Positions 51,474 to 62,055 of a DNA stretch of 64,000 nucleotides are shown here, in pieces; positions within the stretch are counted from its first letter, which is position 1; each line of letters starts with the position of its first letter. The notes beneath the pieces were generated by a model. That model saw only the letters and a program-made list of their open reading frames with translations. It was not told where the DNA came from and made no database searches. Made by a program: the position numbers and the translations under genes. The DNA is taken from NCBI GenBank assembly GCA_965249575.1, contig OZ252244.1, positions 3,200,001-3,264,000 of the forward strand, written 5' to 3'. Source of the stretch: Gemmatimonadales bacterium. GTDB lineage: Bacteria; Gemmatimonadota; Gemmatimonadetes; Gemmatimonadales; GWC2-71-9.

Positions 51474-52449
51474 CTAGGTGGGCTCCCCTTTGGGTGGAGT
51501 GTCCCTCAGGTTGATGATTTCCTGTGCCGGACGTGCCGGTGCGGGCGGCCAGGTCTTCACGCCGACGAGCGCGTGCGCCTGCGCCTCGGGCGGCGGTAAC
51601 GGCTCCCCGAACAACTGGTGTATGAACCAACCCACCGGAGCGCTCAACACGTTGCTTAGGTATTAGAGAATGTGGATGGGAATCGCGGCCATCGCGAACC
51701 CGAGGCTCCGGTGCCGTCGCAGAAAGCGATAAAAGTCCAGGTTTATCAGGAGGACTGCCACCACTGCGGCGGCGGCAATGGCAAACGGCCAAAACGTTCG
51801 CCCGATTACTCCCCCCAACATCGCTGCCGCGGCCGCACCCGCGAGAAAAGTGCACCATTTCTGCTGTGTTCTCAGGTTAAGAGTACTCGCCCCGCCGCTC
51901 AACGCCCCCTCTCGCAGGATGAGCCACGTCCACGGCACACCGCGCCCGGTGAAATCGGTGACGAGGATGTTGCGGAGCGTCCATCGCTTGAGATGGGTAC
52001 CCTGGATGTCCGGCGAGAGCAGAATTCGGTGTCCCCGCTGCCGTAGTCGCCGTCCCAGCTCGATGTCTTCGATCTGAGAGCGGGCATAGTGCCACTCGTT
52101 GAACATACCGATCTCGGAAAAACTGAGCTCCGAAATGGCGCCGAGGCCCGCCTAGAACGTCTCCGCCTCACCCGAATGTCGCTGATGGACATAGTGGTGC
52201 ATGAGGTTCCGATATTGTGAGGCGAGACCTGCCGCCGGGGGGGTGGTATCGTACGAGCCGAACACGGCCGCGGTATGCGGATTCGCCTCGAAGGTGTCCA
52301 CGAAGCGCCGGAGCGTATCGGGGTGCACACATACGTCGGAATCGACGAAGATGAGCAGCTTCCCACGACTCATCTCGAAGCCCCGATTGCGAGCGTATGC
52401 CGGCCCGCGGGGTCGGCCGCTCAGCTCGACGACGACGTCGGCATATTGT
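51474..52449 (-). pseudogene. GT2 glycosyltransferase pseudogene
   Basis: One frame GPAYARNRG..LIFVDSD..ETF*AGLGAI..IEDIELG..HIL*YL; in-frame TAG 52152-52154 and TAA 51663-51665; GT2 N-terminus absent. Confidence 0.85.
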
Positions 52450-52511
52450 GTAAGATTCGGAGGCGCTAGTTTGGCGCCGGGGCCCGTGCAAGATGAGTCG
52501 CTCAGCTACCT

Positions 52512-54912
52512 ATGTCAAGTAATCTACCGACCGATACCCCGTTCACCCCACCGGAGCCAGCTGGCCAGGAGCCTCAGTGGGGTCCTGGCCGGGCGTCATC
52601 GCGCGATGTCGCTCCGGATGGCGGCGAGGGTGGTCTGAACCTGCGCCGTTACTGGGCTGCAGTATTGCGATACAAATGGCTCGTCGCGCTCGTGACCGTG
52701 CTCGGGGGCCGGGGTTTCGCGTTTTTTGAAGCCGCAGTACATCACCCAGGGCACGATCTGGCTCGAAGCGCAAACTGGGAGGGGCGGACCGATCCGCCAA
52801 GAGGCGCTCCTCGCCACATGGGGATTCGTCGACCTCGTCAAGTCCTTTGTGGTGCTCGATCACGCCGTGCGTGGCCTGAAGCTCTACCTGAGCTACGGGA
52901 CGCCGGAAGACTCGTTGGTGTTTGGGTCGTTCGAGCTGTCGGAGCGGTTTAAGACGGGTGACTACGAGCTTCAGATCGATGATCCCGGCAAGTTCGCGAC
53001 GCTCTCTACGAGTGAGGGTATCGTGGTCGAGCGAGTTCCGATCGGCGACTCGATTGGACGTCCGCTGGGTTTTGCGTGGCAGCCAAGTCCGGAGTTGCTC
53101 ACGCCCGGCCGGGCTATTCCGTTCTCGGTGACTCCGCCCCGGGATGCCGCCCGGGATCTTGGCCAACGTCTGCAAACGCGGACCGATCTGTGGAAGGGAA
53201 GCGCCGCCGGAAATTTCTTGCGGCTGGAGTTGAGCGGATCGTCGCCAAGTCAGACCGCAGCCACCGTCAATGCGGTGTTGGATCGCTACATCGACGTGAC
53301 GAGCCACCTGAAGCGTGAGAAGCTCACCGAGTTGGCCGAGATTCTAGCGGAACAGCTCAAAAGGGCTGAGACGAATCTGCGAAACGCGGAGATGGCGCTC
53401 GAGAGCTTCCGTGTCAGCACGATTACGCTGCCGTCCGAACAGGCCCCGGCGGTGGCGCCTGGGCTGAGCATCACGCGCGGCCCGGTGTTCGACAGCTATT
53501 TCACGCTGCGGCTGGAAGCCGAGGGGCTGCGGGACGATGCGGTCGCGATCGAGCGGGTGCTGCAGGACGTCCCGGCGTCCGCGCTGGCCACTGATGAGCT
53601 GGCTGCCATTCCGTCCATACAAAACTCCACCATCCTCGCCGGAGCGCTGGACGAGCTGACCGACAAGAAGGCGAGCCTGCGGGCGCTCCAGTATCGCTAC
53701 ACGGATGACTATCCGCCGTTGCGAGAGTTGCAGGGTGAGATCGACAGGTTACAGGGGTCCACCATACCGCAGTTGGCGCAGGTGCGCCTTGCCGAAGTAC
53801 GCGCCCGTATGCAGGAGCTATCGAGGCGAATCGAGTCCGCTTCTGAGCAACTGACCGAGATTCCGCCCCGGTCAATTCTGGAAGCACGGCTTGGTCGGGA
53901 CGTGTCGATCGCCAGTACTCTCTACACGGTGCTCCAGCAGCGATATGAAGAGGCGCGGCTGGCGGAAGCGAGCAGCATTCCCGACGTGCGCATCCTCGAC
54001 CGCGCGGTCACCCCGCTACGGCCGGTGAGCAATCGAGCCACACAGGTCATACTGATTGGATTCGCCGCCAGCTTGGTACTCGGGGTGGGAGCCGCAATTC
54101 TGCTCGATCTGCTCGATCGGCGGCTGCGGTACCCCGAGCAGGTGACCTCGGAAATGGGTCTCCCCATCCTGGGCGCGGTACCGCACGTGCAAACACTGCG
54201 AAACGGCCGGAACGGCGGCGAGGCCAGCTCGGTGATCGAAGCGATCCGCAGCATCAAGCTCAGCGCGGTCCACGCGTACGGCACGGCGGGCCCGATGCTG
54301 CTGACGGTAACTAGCCCGGGGAGTGGTGACGGTAAGTCTTTCATCGCCTCAAACCTGGCGCTGGCATTCGCAGACGCCGGCAACCGTACGCTGCTCATCG
54401 ATGGAGACGCGCGTCGCGGCTCGCTGCATCGCGTGCTGAACCTCGACCGGAAACCTGGGCTCACCGACTTCCTCTCCGGCAATGTCTCGAGGGAGGACGT
54501 CGTGCTCAGCACGCCTTATCGCTCACTGCATTTCATCGGGTGCGGGACCCGCATCGCCGGCGCCCCCGAGTTGCTCGGCTCGCGCACCATGTCCGCTTTC
54601 GTCACGGGGCTGCGTTCCGACGACGCGGTCATCATCGTCGATAGCCCGCCGCTTGGTGTCGGCGTTGACGCGTACGTCCTCGGGACGATGATCGGGAGCA
54701 TGCTGCTGGTGCTCCGAACTGGCGTCACCGATCGTGGGCTGGCCGAGGCCAAGCTGGACGTGCTGGATCGCCTGCCGGTTCGGATACTCGGGGCGGTGCT
54801 GAATGGTGTTCGGGACGGCGCTGGACGCTACTACCAGTACTACTCCTACAACATACCGGGATACGAGCTTGCGGATGAGGGCGGGCGAAAGGTCCTCGGA
54901 TCCGCGGGGTGA
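52512..54912 (+). pseudogene. wzc: Wzc-type polysaccharide co-polymerase/tyrosine autokinase, frameshifted near 52705-52725
   Basis: N-terminus LNLRRYWAAVLRYKWLV in one frame, remainder in +1 frame; SPGSGDGKS, LLIDGD, IIVDSPP, Tyr cluster YYQYYSY. Confidence 0.8.
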
Positions 54913-54939
54913 CGTGCGGGCCTGGGGAGTCTCCTCAGG

Positions 54940-55881
54940 TCATGAAAGTGTGGATTGAGAATCGAATGGGTGGATCCAGTTGCCCCCGTCCCCACCGTTC
55001 GTCTTGGATTTTCTCAACGCGATCGTCGCTCGCATGAGCATGTCTCGAGCGGCGGCCGGTGCCTCCCGCGCGTTCGGAACTGCGTCATAGCCTGCGCGCA
55101 GGGTGAGAGGTGGTACTGGAACGTCATCGCCCTCGGTCGCCACCCGGATCGCCTCCGCAAGCCGCTCGGCCAATCTGATGGCGCCCGCAGAATCCGTATT
55201 TGGCGCGAGTATCGCAAATTCGGTCCGACCCAGTCTCCCAATCGCATCGGAGCGGCGTCCTGCGGCCTTCACGGCCTGCGCGATTCGCTCCACTGCGGAG
55301 GCCACCACGTCATCGCCCACGGTCTCCCCAAGGACCGGCGCCACGACGACGCATGCGAGTGCGCCGTGCGCCCGGAAGGCTTGGGAGCCGAGCTCGTTGG
55401 CCCTGCGCTCGAGACCATGGAGGTTGTACAGCCCGGTACTGCCGTCGATGAGCGACTCGTTTCTCAGCCGATCGGCTTCGAACTTCGCCTGAACATAAGC
55501 GGCGAGCTTGAGCAGGAGTTCCTGGGGATCGACGGGATGGGGCACGATGTCCCACGCGCCGGCCCGCAGCATCTCCAGCCGTTCTTGTCGCGAAGGGCGC
55601 TCAGGGCTGGTCATGAGAATCGGTGTGCAGTGACTGAACTGGGGATCCGCTTGAAGCGCTCGGCATACACCCAACCCTTCTCCGTCCGGCAGGTTAGTGT
55701 CGACGATTACCACGTCCGGTCGGTGCATCCGCACACGCTCTAATCCGTTTCGCCCCGTGTAGGCGCGCATCACCGCATACCCGTTTGGAGCTAAGACGCT
55801 CTCCAGCGAGCGGGTGGACCACTCCTGATCGTCGGTGATGAGCACGACGGGTGGGCGCGCATGGGTGACTTCGTCCGGCAT
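54940..55881 (-). CDS. Response regulator with degenerate GGDEF domain
   Basis: REC (ITDD, IVDTNLPD), DGSTGLYN, RRSD-AIGRL-GRTEF. Confidence 0.85.
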   Translation of the reverse strand: MPDEVTHARPPVVLITDDQEWSTRSLESVLAPNGYAVMRAYTGRNGLERVRMHRPDVVIVDTNLPDGEGLGVCRALQADPQFSHCTPILMTSPERPSRQERLEMLRAGAWDIVPHPVDPQELLLKLAAYVQAKFEADRLRNESLIDGSTGLYNLHGLERRANELGSQAFRAHGALACVVVAPVLGETVGDDVVASAVERIAQAVKAAGRRSDAIGRLGRTEFAILAPNTDSAGAIRLAERLAEAIRVATEGDDVPVPPLTLRAGYDAVPNAREAPAAARDMLMRATIALRKSKTNGGDGGNWIHPFDSQSTLS

Positions 55882-56512
55882 GGTGGGGGTCCCCCGGTCC
55901 TTTGAGGATGCGTCCTCTCGTTGCACTAAACCCGGGCGGACCCGCTGCACCATCCGTGCCCCCGGAGGGTTACCCGTACGTCCATGATGGACAGCAGCTT
56001 ACGTGGCTTCGGGGGGCGCCGCCGATTGGTAAACCGATGGAGAGAGGCTACACGTTCGTCTGTCTGCCGCGACTTCGCAACGTGATGTAGTGCAGGGAGA
56101 TGCTCTCACGCCCGACGCCGGAGCCGTGTTAAGTATTTATATGGCAACATCTTACGTATGCCTCTCCTCGGTGTGGTTTTTGTTCGGCCCCGAACTTGAA
56201 TGCCGTTGTGAAACGCCCTGACCAACTGAAAGCGCACCAACGGTGCGGAGGGTCAACAGTGCTGTGTAAGAGTTGTGAGTCCACCACATCAGCCGGTGAT
56301 GCACGTGCGGCCCAGGTCGCCGATCGGTCCAGCCGACCGAGCGGCGGGGAAACCGACCGCGTGCGTGACCTCCTGTGTGCGAGGTGCGGCGCTGTGGTCC
56401 CGCCGTGGGACCCGGGGGATGCTATGCTGGACAAGCTCTCGCAGCTGGCTCGATTCGGGCTTGGGGAAGGCGTAGGGCCCATACTCGATTCCACCCGCCG
56501 CGGGCGATGAAC

Positions 56513-57205
56513 TGATGTGGGTTTACGTTGTCTCGATTGGCCACCGCCACGGCGGTCGTAATGTTGTGTCTGGCCTGGCTGGACCGAATGAAGTGGTGGC
56601 AGCTGGGGTTCGGAGTAGTCGGCGTCGCGGCGGTCTCCTTGGGCGCCCTGATCAACATTCCGCTGCTACGCGATCGGATGTTTCACCGTCCTCCCGAGAA
56701 CGTCGCCGAGGCCGCACAGAACCTCAACGTGTCCGGTCGAGACGTTCTCTGGGGAACGACAGCGGTCCACGCCATCCAGAAGCCTGTGATCGGGTGGGGA
56801 CCCGGCACATCCAGACCGCTGCTGGCGCCGCTGTTCGCCGCCAAGGGCGACCGGCGGAGCGTGGAATATTCGCCGCACAATGAGTACCTCCAGGTGTTCC
56901 ACGATCTGGGTGCGGTCGGCGTTACGCTCCTGGTTTGGGCCTGGGTGCCGTTTCTCATTGCATCGTGGGTGCAATGGAAACGCGCGGTCGAACGCTCGGA
57001 TCTTGGGCTCGCCAAGTGGTACATGGCCACGACCTTGGGTACCGTCGTCGTCCTTGCCAACTCGGTGGTGGACAACACGCTTCACTATGCGCAGGTGATC
57101 GCCCCGCTTTTCATAATTGCGGCGGCGGCCGAGGTCATGCAGTCCCAGCGCGCGGCAGCAGTGAACGCCGGCGGTGGAGCCGTCGGAGTACCCGGCGCCC
57201 GATGA
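56513..57205 (+). pseudogene. O-antigen ligase/Wzy_C-domain protein, 5'-truncated
   Basis: SGRDVLW, KPVIGWGPG, PHNEYLQ..DLGAVG; begins at TLSR with no N-terminal TM half. Confidence 0.72.
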
Positions 57206-58029
57206 CCGGCTCGCCTGCCCAGCGAGTCGCTCGGCTCTGGTGGACGGCGGAGCGTTTCGGGCTGACACCGCGGAAGTGCTGGGCGCGGGTGTCCAACCGA
57301 TCGGAGCCCAGGGTGCTGTGCATCTGCATTCCGAAATCGGGCACCCACCTATTGGAGCGCGCCCTGTGTCTGCACCCCCGCCTCTACCGCAGACTCATAC
57401 GAACGATCAACGATGCGAGCGCCCCGACCGTCGGCGCTCTGGCCCGAACGCTTCATGACGCCCGCCCCGGCCAGGTGCTGGTCTCGCACCTGGCCTATTC
57501 GCCGGAGCGGCTGCGGGTCATGCGATCGAGCGGCGTGCGCCACCTGTTATTGGTGCGAGACCCGAGAGACGTTGTGGTGTCGACCATGTTCTACATCATG
57601 CGCCAGAAGGAGCACCAGTTTCACGACCTGTTTCTGCGCCAACCGAGCGAGAGGGCGCGGCTACGGCTTGCGATCATGGGCTGCGCCGAATTGGGTTTCA
57701 CATCCGTCGCCGAGCACTTCGCGGCGTACCGTGGGTGGTTGGATTCCGGGGGTCTGGTCGTCCGCTTCGAGGATCTCGTGGGCGTTCGTGGGGGCGGCGA
57801 TGGCGAAACGCAGCTCACGTCTCTGGGAGCGATTTTCCAGCATCTCGGGACCCCGGTTGAGGAGGCCGGGCTACAGCGCGTTGCGAACCGGCTCTTCTCG
57901 AGCAACAGTCCCACCTTCCGCAAGGGGACGAGTGGTGACTGGCGCACGCACTTCGACTCTGAGCTCCAGCGGATCTTCATCCGGAAAACGCAGCACATAC
58001 TCGAGGGCTTCGGCTATCAGCCGGAGTAA
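57202..58029 (+). CDS. Sulfotransferase
   Basis: PKSGTHLL (5'-PSB), RDPRDVVVS (3'-PB), RFEDL, FRKGTSGDWR; ATGA overlap. Confidence 0.9.
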   Translation: MTGSPAQRVARLWWTAERFGLTPRKCWARVSNRSEPRVLCICIPKSGTHLLERALCLHPRLYRRLIRTINDASAPTVGALARTLHDARPGQVLVSHLAYSPERLRVMRSSGVRHLLLVRDPRDVVVSTMFYIMRQKEHQFHDLFLRQPSERARLRLAIMGCAELGFTSVAEHFAAYRGWLDSGGLVVRFEDLVGVRGGGDGETQLTSLGAIFQHLGTPVEEAGLQRVANRLFSSNSPTFRKGTSGDWRTHFDSELQRIFIRKTQHILEGFGYQPE

Positions 58030-58098
58030 GGGTCCGGATGCAGAACGCCGACCTGGGCCGCGCCGCACCAGCCCAGCGAACACATAAGCGCCCGCAGC

Positions 58099-58310
58099 GT
58101 GACAACTGCTGTGTCATGACTGCACCAGATGGCTGGCGGAGAAGACGTGGTGTCTCAAGACGAGCGGCTCTTGCTGGAAGAACGGGGGGTGACGTCGCAG
58201 TGTACGAGCGCCACAACCGCGAGGTAGCCGAGGTCTGGGCGTGGGGGAAGCTCTGCGTGGTGCCGCGCACGATCTGGGCGTTGGACACTTCCGCCGCTCT
58301 TTGCGCCGGT
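58099..58310 (+). pseudogene. N-terminal remnant of a GT4 glycosyltransferase
   Basis: QMAGGEDVVSQDERLLLEERG then frame shift to DVAVYERHN..GKL....TIW, paralleling the N-terminus of the GT4 at 59643. Confidence 0.6.
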
Positions 58311-58436
58311 CAAACAGACAATCCCTTCTTCCACCTTGGCCAAGCTTAGAGGGCTCGATCCGCGCCAAGCGATGCCTCAGCGAGCAGGGCCGCGCCAAGA
58401 TCATCTTCAGGGCCTAAGGGTTCGCCTCCGTGAGCG

Positions 58437-59643
58437 TCACACGCTGACCCCCGCCCTGCGGTAGATCTCGATAAGCCTCCTGTACGCGTGCTTTCCGTCG
58501 TACTTCTCTTCGAACTGGCGTCGGGCTTCTGCTCCAAGTGTGGTGACGAGCTCCACATCCCCCCACAACTCCTGCACCCGTCGTGCCAAATCCGTGGGAT
58601 CTCCCGGCTCGAACAACGCGCCACTGGACCCATCCGAAACGATCTCCCGCATACCGCCGAGCCGGGACGCCACTACGGGCACGCCTCGCGCGAAGGCCTC
58701 CCCGATCGTCATCGGAAACCCTTCGTAGCATTCCGAGGGAAAGACCAGGAAACGACAGCCCTCGATCAGACGCAACACTTCTCCCGCCGCTCGTGCACCA
58801 CAAAACTCGACCTGCTCGAGACGGTTCTCCTTCGCAAACCGCTGCAGGAGTTCCATGAGGGGCCCATCACCCACGATCTTCAGCCGGATCCTGCTGAGGG
58901 CCGTCCACGCCCGCAGGAGTGTCTGGACACCCTTTTTCCGCCGCCAAGCGACCCACGAACAACACGTAGCGGCCCGGGCGGTCACGAGGAGCAGGATCCG
59001 GGTGTATGCAGTTGGGCTTCACCACAACCTTCTCTTCTGGAAGACCGGCCTGCACGAACTTTTGACGTGCAAACTCCGTTAGCGCCACATACACTGAGAC
59101 GAATCGCGACCACGTGCCTAGCATTCGGTGAGTAGTCAAGGCGCCAGCAATGAGAGCGCTCTCAACTCGCGAGCCACGATAGCACCCGTGCGCCACTGCA
59201 GGCCACGGTACGGAGGACGCAAGACAATCCTCGCATACTCGGCCGTCACGAAAGAAGATCCCGCCTGGGCAGTACAGCCGGAAATTGTGCAGCGTCTGTA
59301 CTATGGGGACCCCGCGCGTGTGAAGAGCATGATAGACCGCTGGCGAGAGCTTTGGGAATACGTTGTGCACATGTGCCACGTCCGGCCGCCACCGATCGAT
59401 CAGCTCAACCAATTGGCGATGCCACCTACGGGACCACGTTACACCAGTTCCGAGTCGTACCTTCGCCGCCCAGGTGAGACCGTCGTCCACCCGCTCCGTG
59501 ACTCTTATCAACCGATGCCCTTGCTCCTCAAGGAGGCCTGTTTCAGTCCTGAACACTGCATCTTCCCCACCCCATTGCCGGTAGAAGTTGTGCACGGCAA
59601 GTATTGTGAGGGGAGCCGTTTGCTCCGCTGCATTAGCCCCCAC
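58437..59643 (-). pseudogene. GT4 glycosyltransferase split by a single-base insertion
   Basis: HNFYRQWGGED..FVGRLAAEK in one frame, GVQTLL..PSECYEGFPMTIGEA in another; removing one T from T5 at 58933-58937 restores AEKGVQ. Confidence 0.85.
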
Positions 59644-59734
59644 TGAGCGCCCTATCCCTCGCCCCGATGGCCAGTGCCAACCAGGAGTTCCTGAACGTAC
59701 TCGCGGGGATTAGCTTGACCGGCAAGCACTTCCA

Positions 59735-60523
59735 TCAGCAGTCACGAGCCGTGTATTCCAGGTAGATCCCGCGAGCGTTCGTAAGCAGCTCGCGAATCGA
59801 GGGTGCTGACAGCTCAAGCCGAAGGTGCTCCTTCATTTCATTACGCGCCGTGGAGGGGCGTGCAACATGAGTCGCCGTCACCAAATGTCTACCCGTATCT
59901 CTCATATCCATCCGGTCCACCATCGCGAAGCACTCCCGGAGCCGCGCTTCGGTATGCTCAAACGTACCGAACCTCGTATTGAATCGCCGATTGAGCTTGA
60001 TGATCACCGCACCGAAATCCTTTGTCACTTCTTCGAAAGTGGCCAACACAAACCGATCACGATACCTGCGGATAGCTCGGTAGTACCGAATATAGTTGGT
60101 GAGAGCATCCCGAATGCGAAGATAGGGTAGTCGGATGACCAATGAAACCGCCGAGTCCTCCGGCGAGCGAATGAGTACGAGGGTGGGGAGCCCCATCTGG
60201 GTGGCGCGGATGATCTGAGCCGGAACATGCAGGTGTCGGGCGATCGCTATCGGACGCCCAGCGGTAATCGTGAGCGCGGCCACGGCGAAGGTGTTCGCTG
60301 ACCGAGGAAAACCCTCCACCACGATATCCGTGCTTGGCCGAACCATCAGCGATCTTTGAGCCTGATTTAGGCCCAGAAGCATGAAGAACGGTACTGGTCG
60401 CTCGCCCAAACGGTTTCGAACATGGTACTTGACCCTGCGGCAGAGGTCGCCGAGCCTTGCTCGTCTGGCGCGCCTTATGAGGGTCTCACACGAAGGTCTG
60501 CGTATCCCCACATGCACAACCAT
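59735..60523 (-). CDS. Sulfotransferase-like protein
   Basis: VEGFPRSANTF and LIRSPEDSAVS resemble PAPS-binding motifs; start uncertain. Confidence 0.6.
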   Translation of the reverse strand: MVVHVGIRRPSCETLIRRARRARLGDLCRRVKYHVRNRLGERPVPFFMLLGLNQAQRSLMVRPSTDIVVEGFPRSANTFAVAALTITAGRPIAIARHLHVPAQIIRATQMGLPTLVLIRSPEDSAVSLVIRLPYLRIRDALTNYIRYYRAIRRYRDRFVLATFEEVTKDFGAVIIKLNRRFNTRFGTFEHTEARLRECFAMVDRMDMRDTGRHLVTATHVARPSTARNEMKEHLRLELSAPSIRELLTNARGIYLEYTARDC

Positions 60524-60930
60524 AATTCCTTCACCTCTGGGAGAGTTAGGCGCCTACCAGAAAAGCCGCGGCCTCTTGGCGCGTAGGCCACGATGCAGTG
60601 CATCACTTTGAGTGCCAACCAGCCGACCAGGATTGCTTGCGGTACCTCCCAAATCGTTCCCCTGCGCACCCAGCAGAAAAGGCAGGACGATCCGTGAGCT
60701 AATCACGAACGCCAATCCTCGATGCTCGGCTGACTCCGCTCGGCGTAGCAGTGTCCCCAATATCCAAAACATAGTGCCTCCCGCAAGCAGCATCCCGAGT
60801 GCCCCGAACTCCGCAAAGACACTTAGCCACGAAAAGGAAGACTCATGAGTAGACCCAACACGGTAGTTGGCGAGATCGAGGGCACACCACAATCCCATCA
60901 ACTGGATGTTCGTCGGACGGGGGACGATGG
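60475..60930 (-). pseudogene. C-terminal remnant of a Wzy-like membrane protein
   Basis: SWLSVFAEFGALG..FLLGAQGN continues in another frame as WEVPQAILVGWLALKV; no N-terminus. Confidence 0.5.
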
Positions 60931-61006
60931 GGAACAGCAAGGGGATCGGTTTCGGGTTCTGCATCCCCCCGAAACAAAGACCCGTGCCAGTCAGGGCGTA
61001 AGCCAA

Positions 61007-61716
61007 ACGGCAACGCACCTCGAGGCGCGTGCGACCCCCGAAGAGCCGTACGGGCAGGGTCCGCGGGATACGGCTTCTGAACACACGGACGAGCCCAACG
61101 ATCGTTCGTCGGATACGTCAACCGCCCCCTTCGCTATCGGCGGTTGCTGGTGCGTGTGCCTGTGCTAATATTCGTGGCGACGGTTGTTCTGTGGCTCCTG
61201 TGTGGAGGGCGACACCGCAACCAATCCCGCCTCACGGCGGCCGCTGAGACCTTGGCCGGGAGCCGGCTGAGTAGCTCGCCGCCCAATTCGGGTTCTCCCT
61301 CGCGGCGGCCGAATCTGGGGAGAGCATAAGCTTCTCCAGAACTCGTGAAGTCTAGCGAGCTCCTGGAGGCCGGCGGCGACCCCTTCCAATCGGTTTGCCA
61401 CCGAGGTGGGAAGGGATACCCTAGCTGGGACCCTCATTGAGCCCTACGAGATCGAGGCGGACACGCCCAAAGAAGAGCTGCAGGCGGTGATCGACCAGCT
61501 GGCTGCCGATCTGAGCATCGGGTTGGATGTGGTCGCTGGGCTGGTGACGGTCAGGGTCGTTGCGCCTTGGGCGGAGCTAGCATAGCAGGTGAACCGCCGG
61601 TCGCTGGACCTCGTCAATCAGTGCAACCTCGAGCGACGGCAGTCGCAGGCGCAGGCCGAGCGGGAGTCCGTCGAGAGTCGGCTCAGCCTGGCCCAGTCCG
61701 AGCCGGAGGCCTCCGG
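61007..61716 (+). pseudogene. Degenerate paralog of the Wzz-like gene at 62274
   Basis: Aligns by eye to 62274-62990 (GCAACGCACCTCGA, GGGACCCTCAT, ATCGACCAGCTGGC, CGGCAGTCGCAGGC); ACG in place of ATG, frameshifts, TAG 61583-61585. Confidence 0.85.
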
Positions 61717-61830
61717 GCGTGAGATGGGGCGGGCGGTGCGGGCAGCGTTCCTGGAACGATACATCGCGGAGCGGAACTCACAAATGCTCAGGGGCATCCA
61801 TGAGGCGGCCGGGCGGGGCGAGGGTAGCCA
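61717..61830 (+). pseudogene. C-terminal remnant of a GT4 glycosyltransferase
   Basis: REMGRAVRAAFLERYIAERNSQMLRGIHEAA parallels GT4 end LGAEARRQFEEKYDGKHAYRRLIEIY. Confidence 0.5.
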
Positions 61831-62055
61831 GTGCTTTGGCTGAGATCGGTGAGAAAACGCTCGAGAGGCGTCCCAAAGCGCCTAGCCATCGCGATCCACC
61901 GGTTCGCGGCGCGGTTCCGCTTGCACGTTTTGCCAGTTCACTTCTACTCGTCGCTGCCCGATATCGTTGAGCTGGCGGGGAACCGGAAATTCTGGGCGCG
62001 CAAGTCGACGTTGCCAGGAATCGCGACGGACCTGGACACGCAGGTCGAGTTGGGG
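61831..62055 (+). pseudogene. N-terminal remnant of a polysaccharide-locus methyltransferase-like gene
   Basis: LHVLPVHFYSSLPD..EL....W..KSTLPGI..DLDTQ; similarity ends before any SAM-binding motif. Confidence 0.45.

Noticed and set aside
51663..52154. Stop-codon recoding or readthrough in the GT2 gene
   Set aside because: Two different stops (TAG and TAA), each one substitution from Trp/Tyr codons; the gene is also truncated, and TAG/TAA terminate normal genes elsewhere
56196..56510. 104-aa ORF with two CxxC motifs
   Set aside because: No recognisable family or RBS; lies in a probable regulatory or eroded region; cannot be supported
60554..61084. 176-aa minus-strand ORF as an intact gene
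   Set aside because: Its 5' part is antisense to the wzz pseudogene; only the membrane-protein remnant looks real
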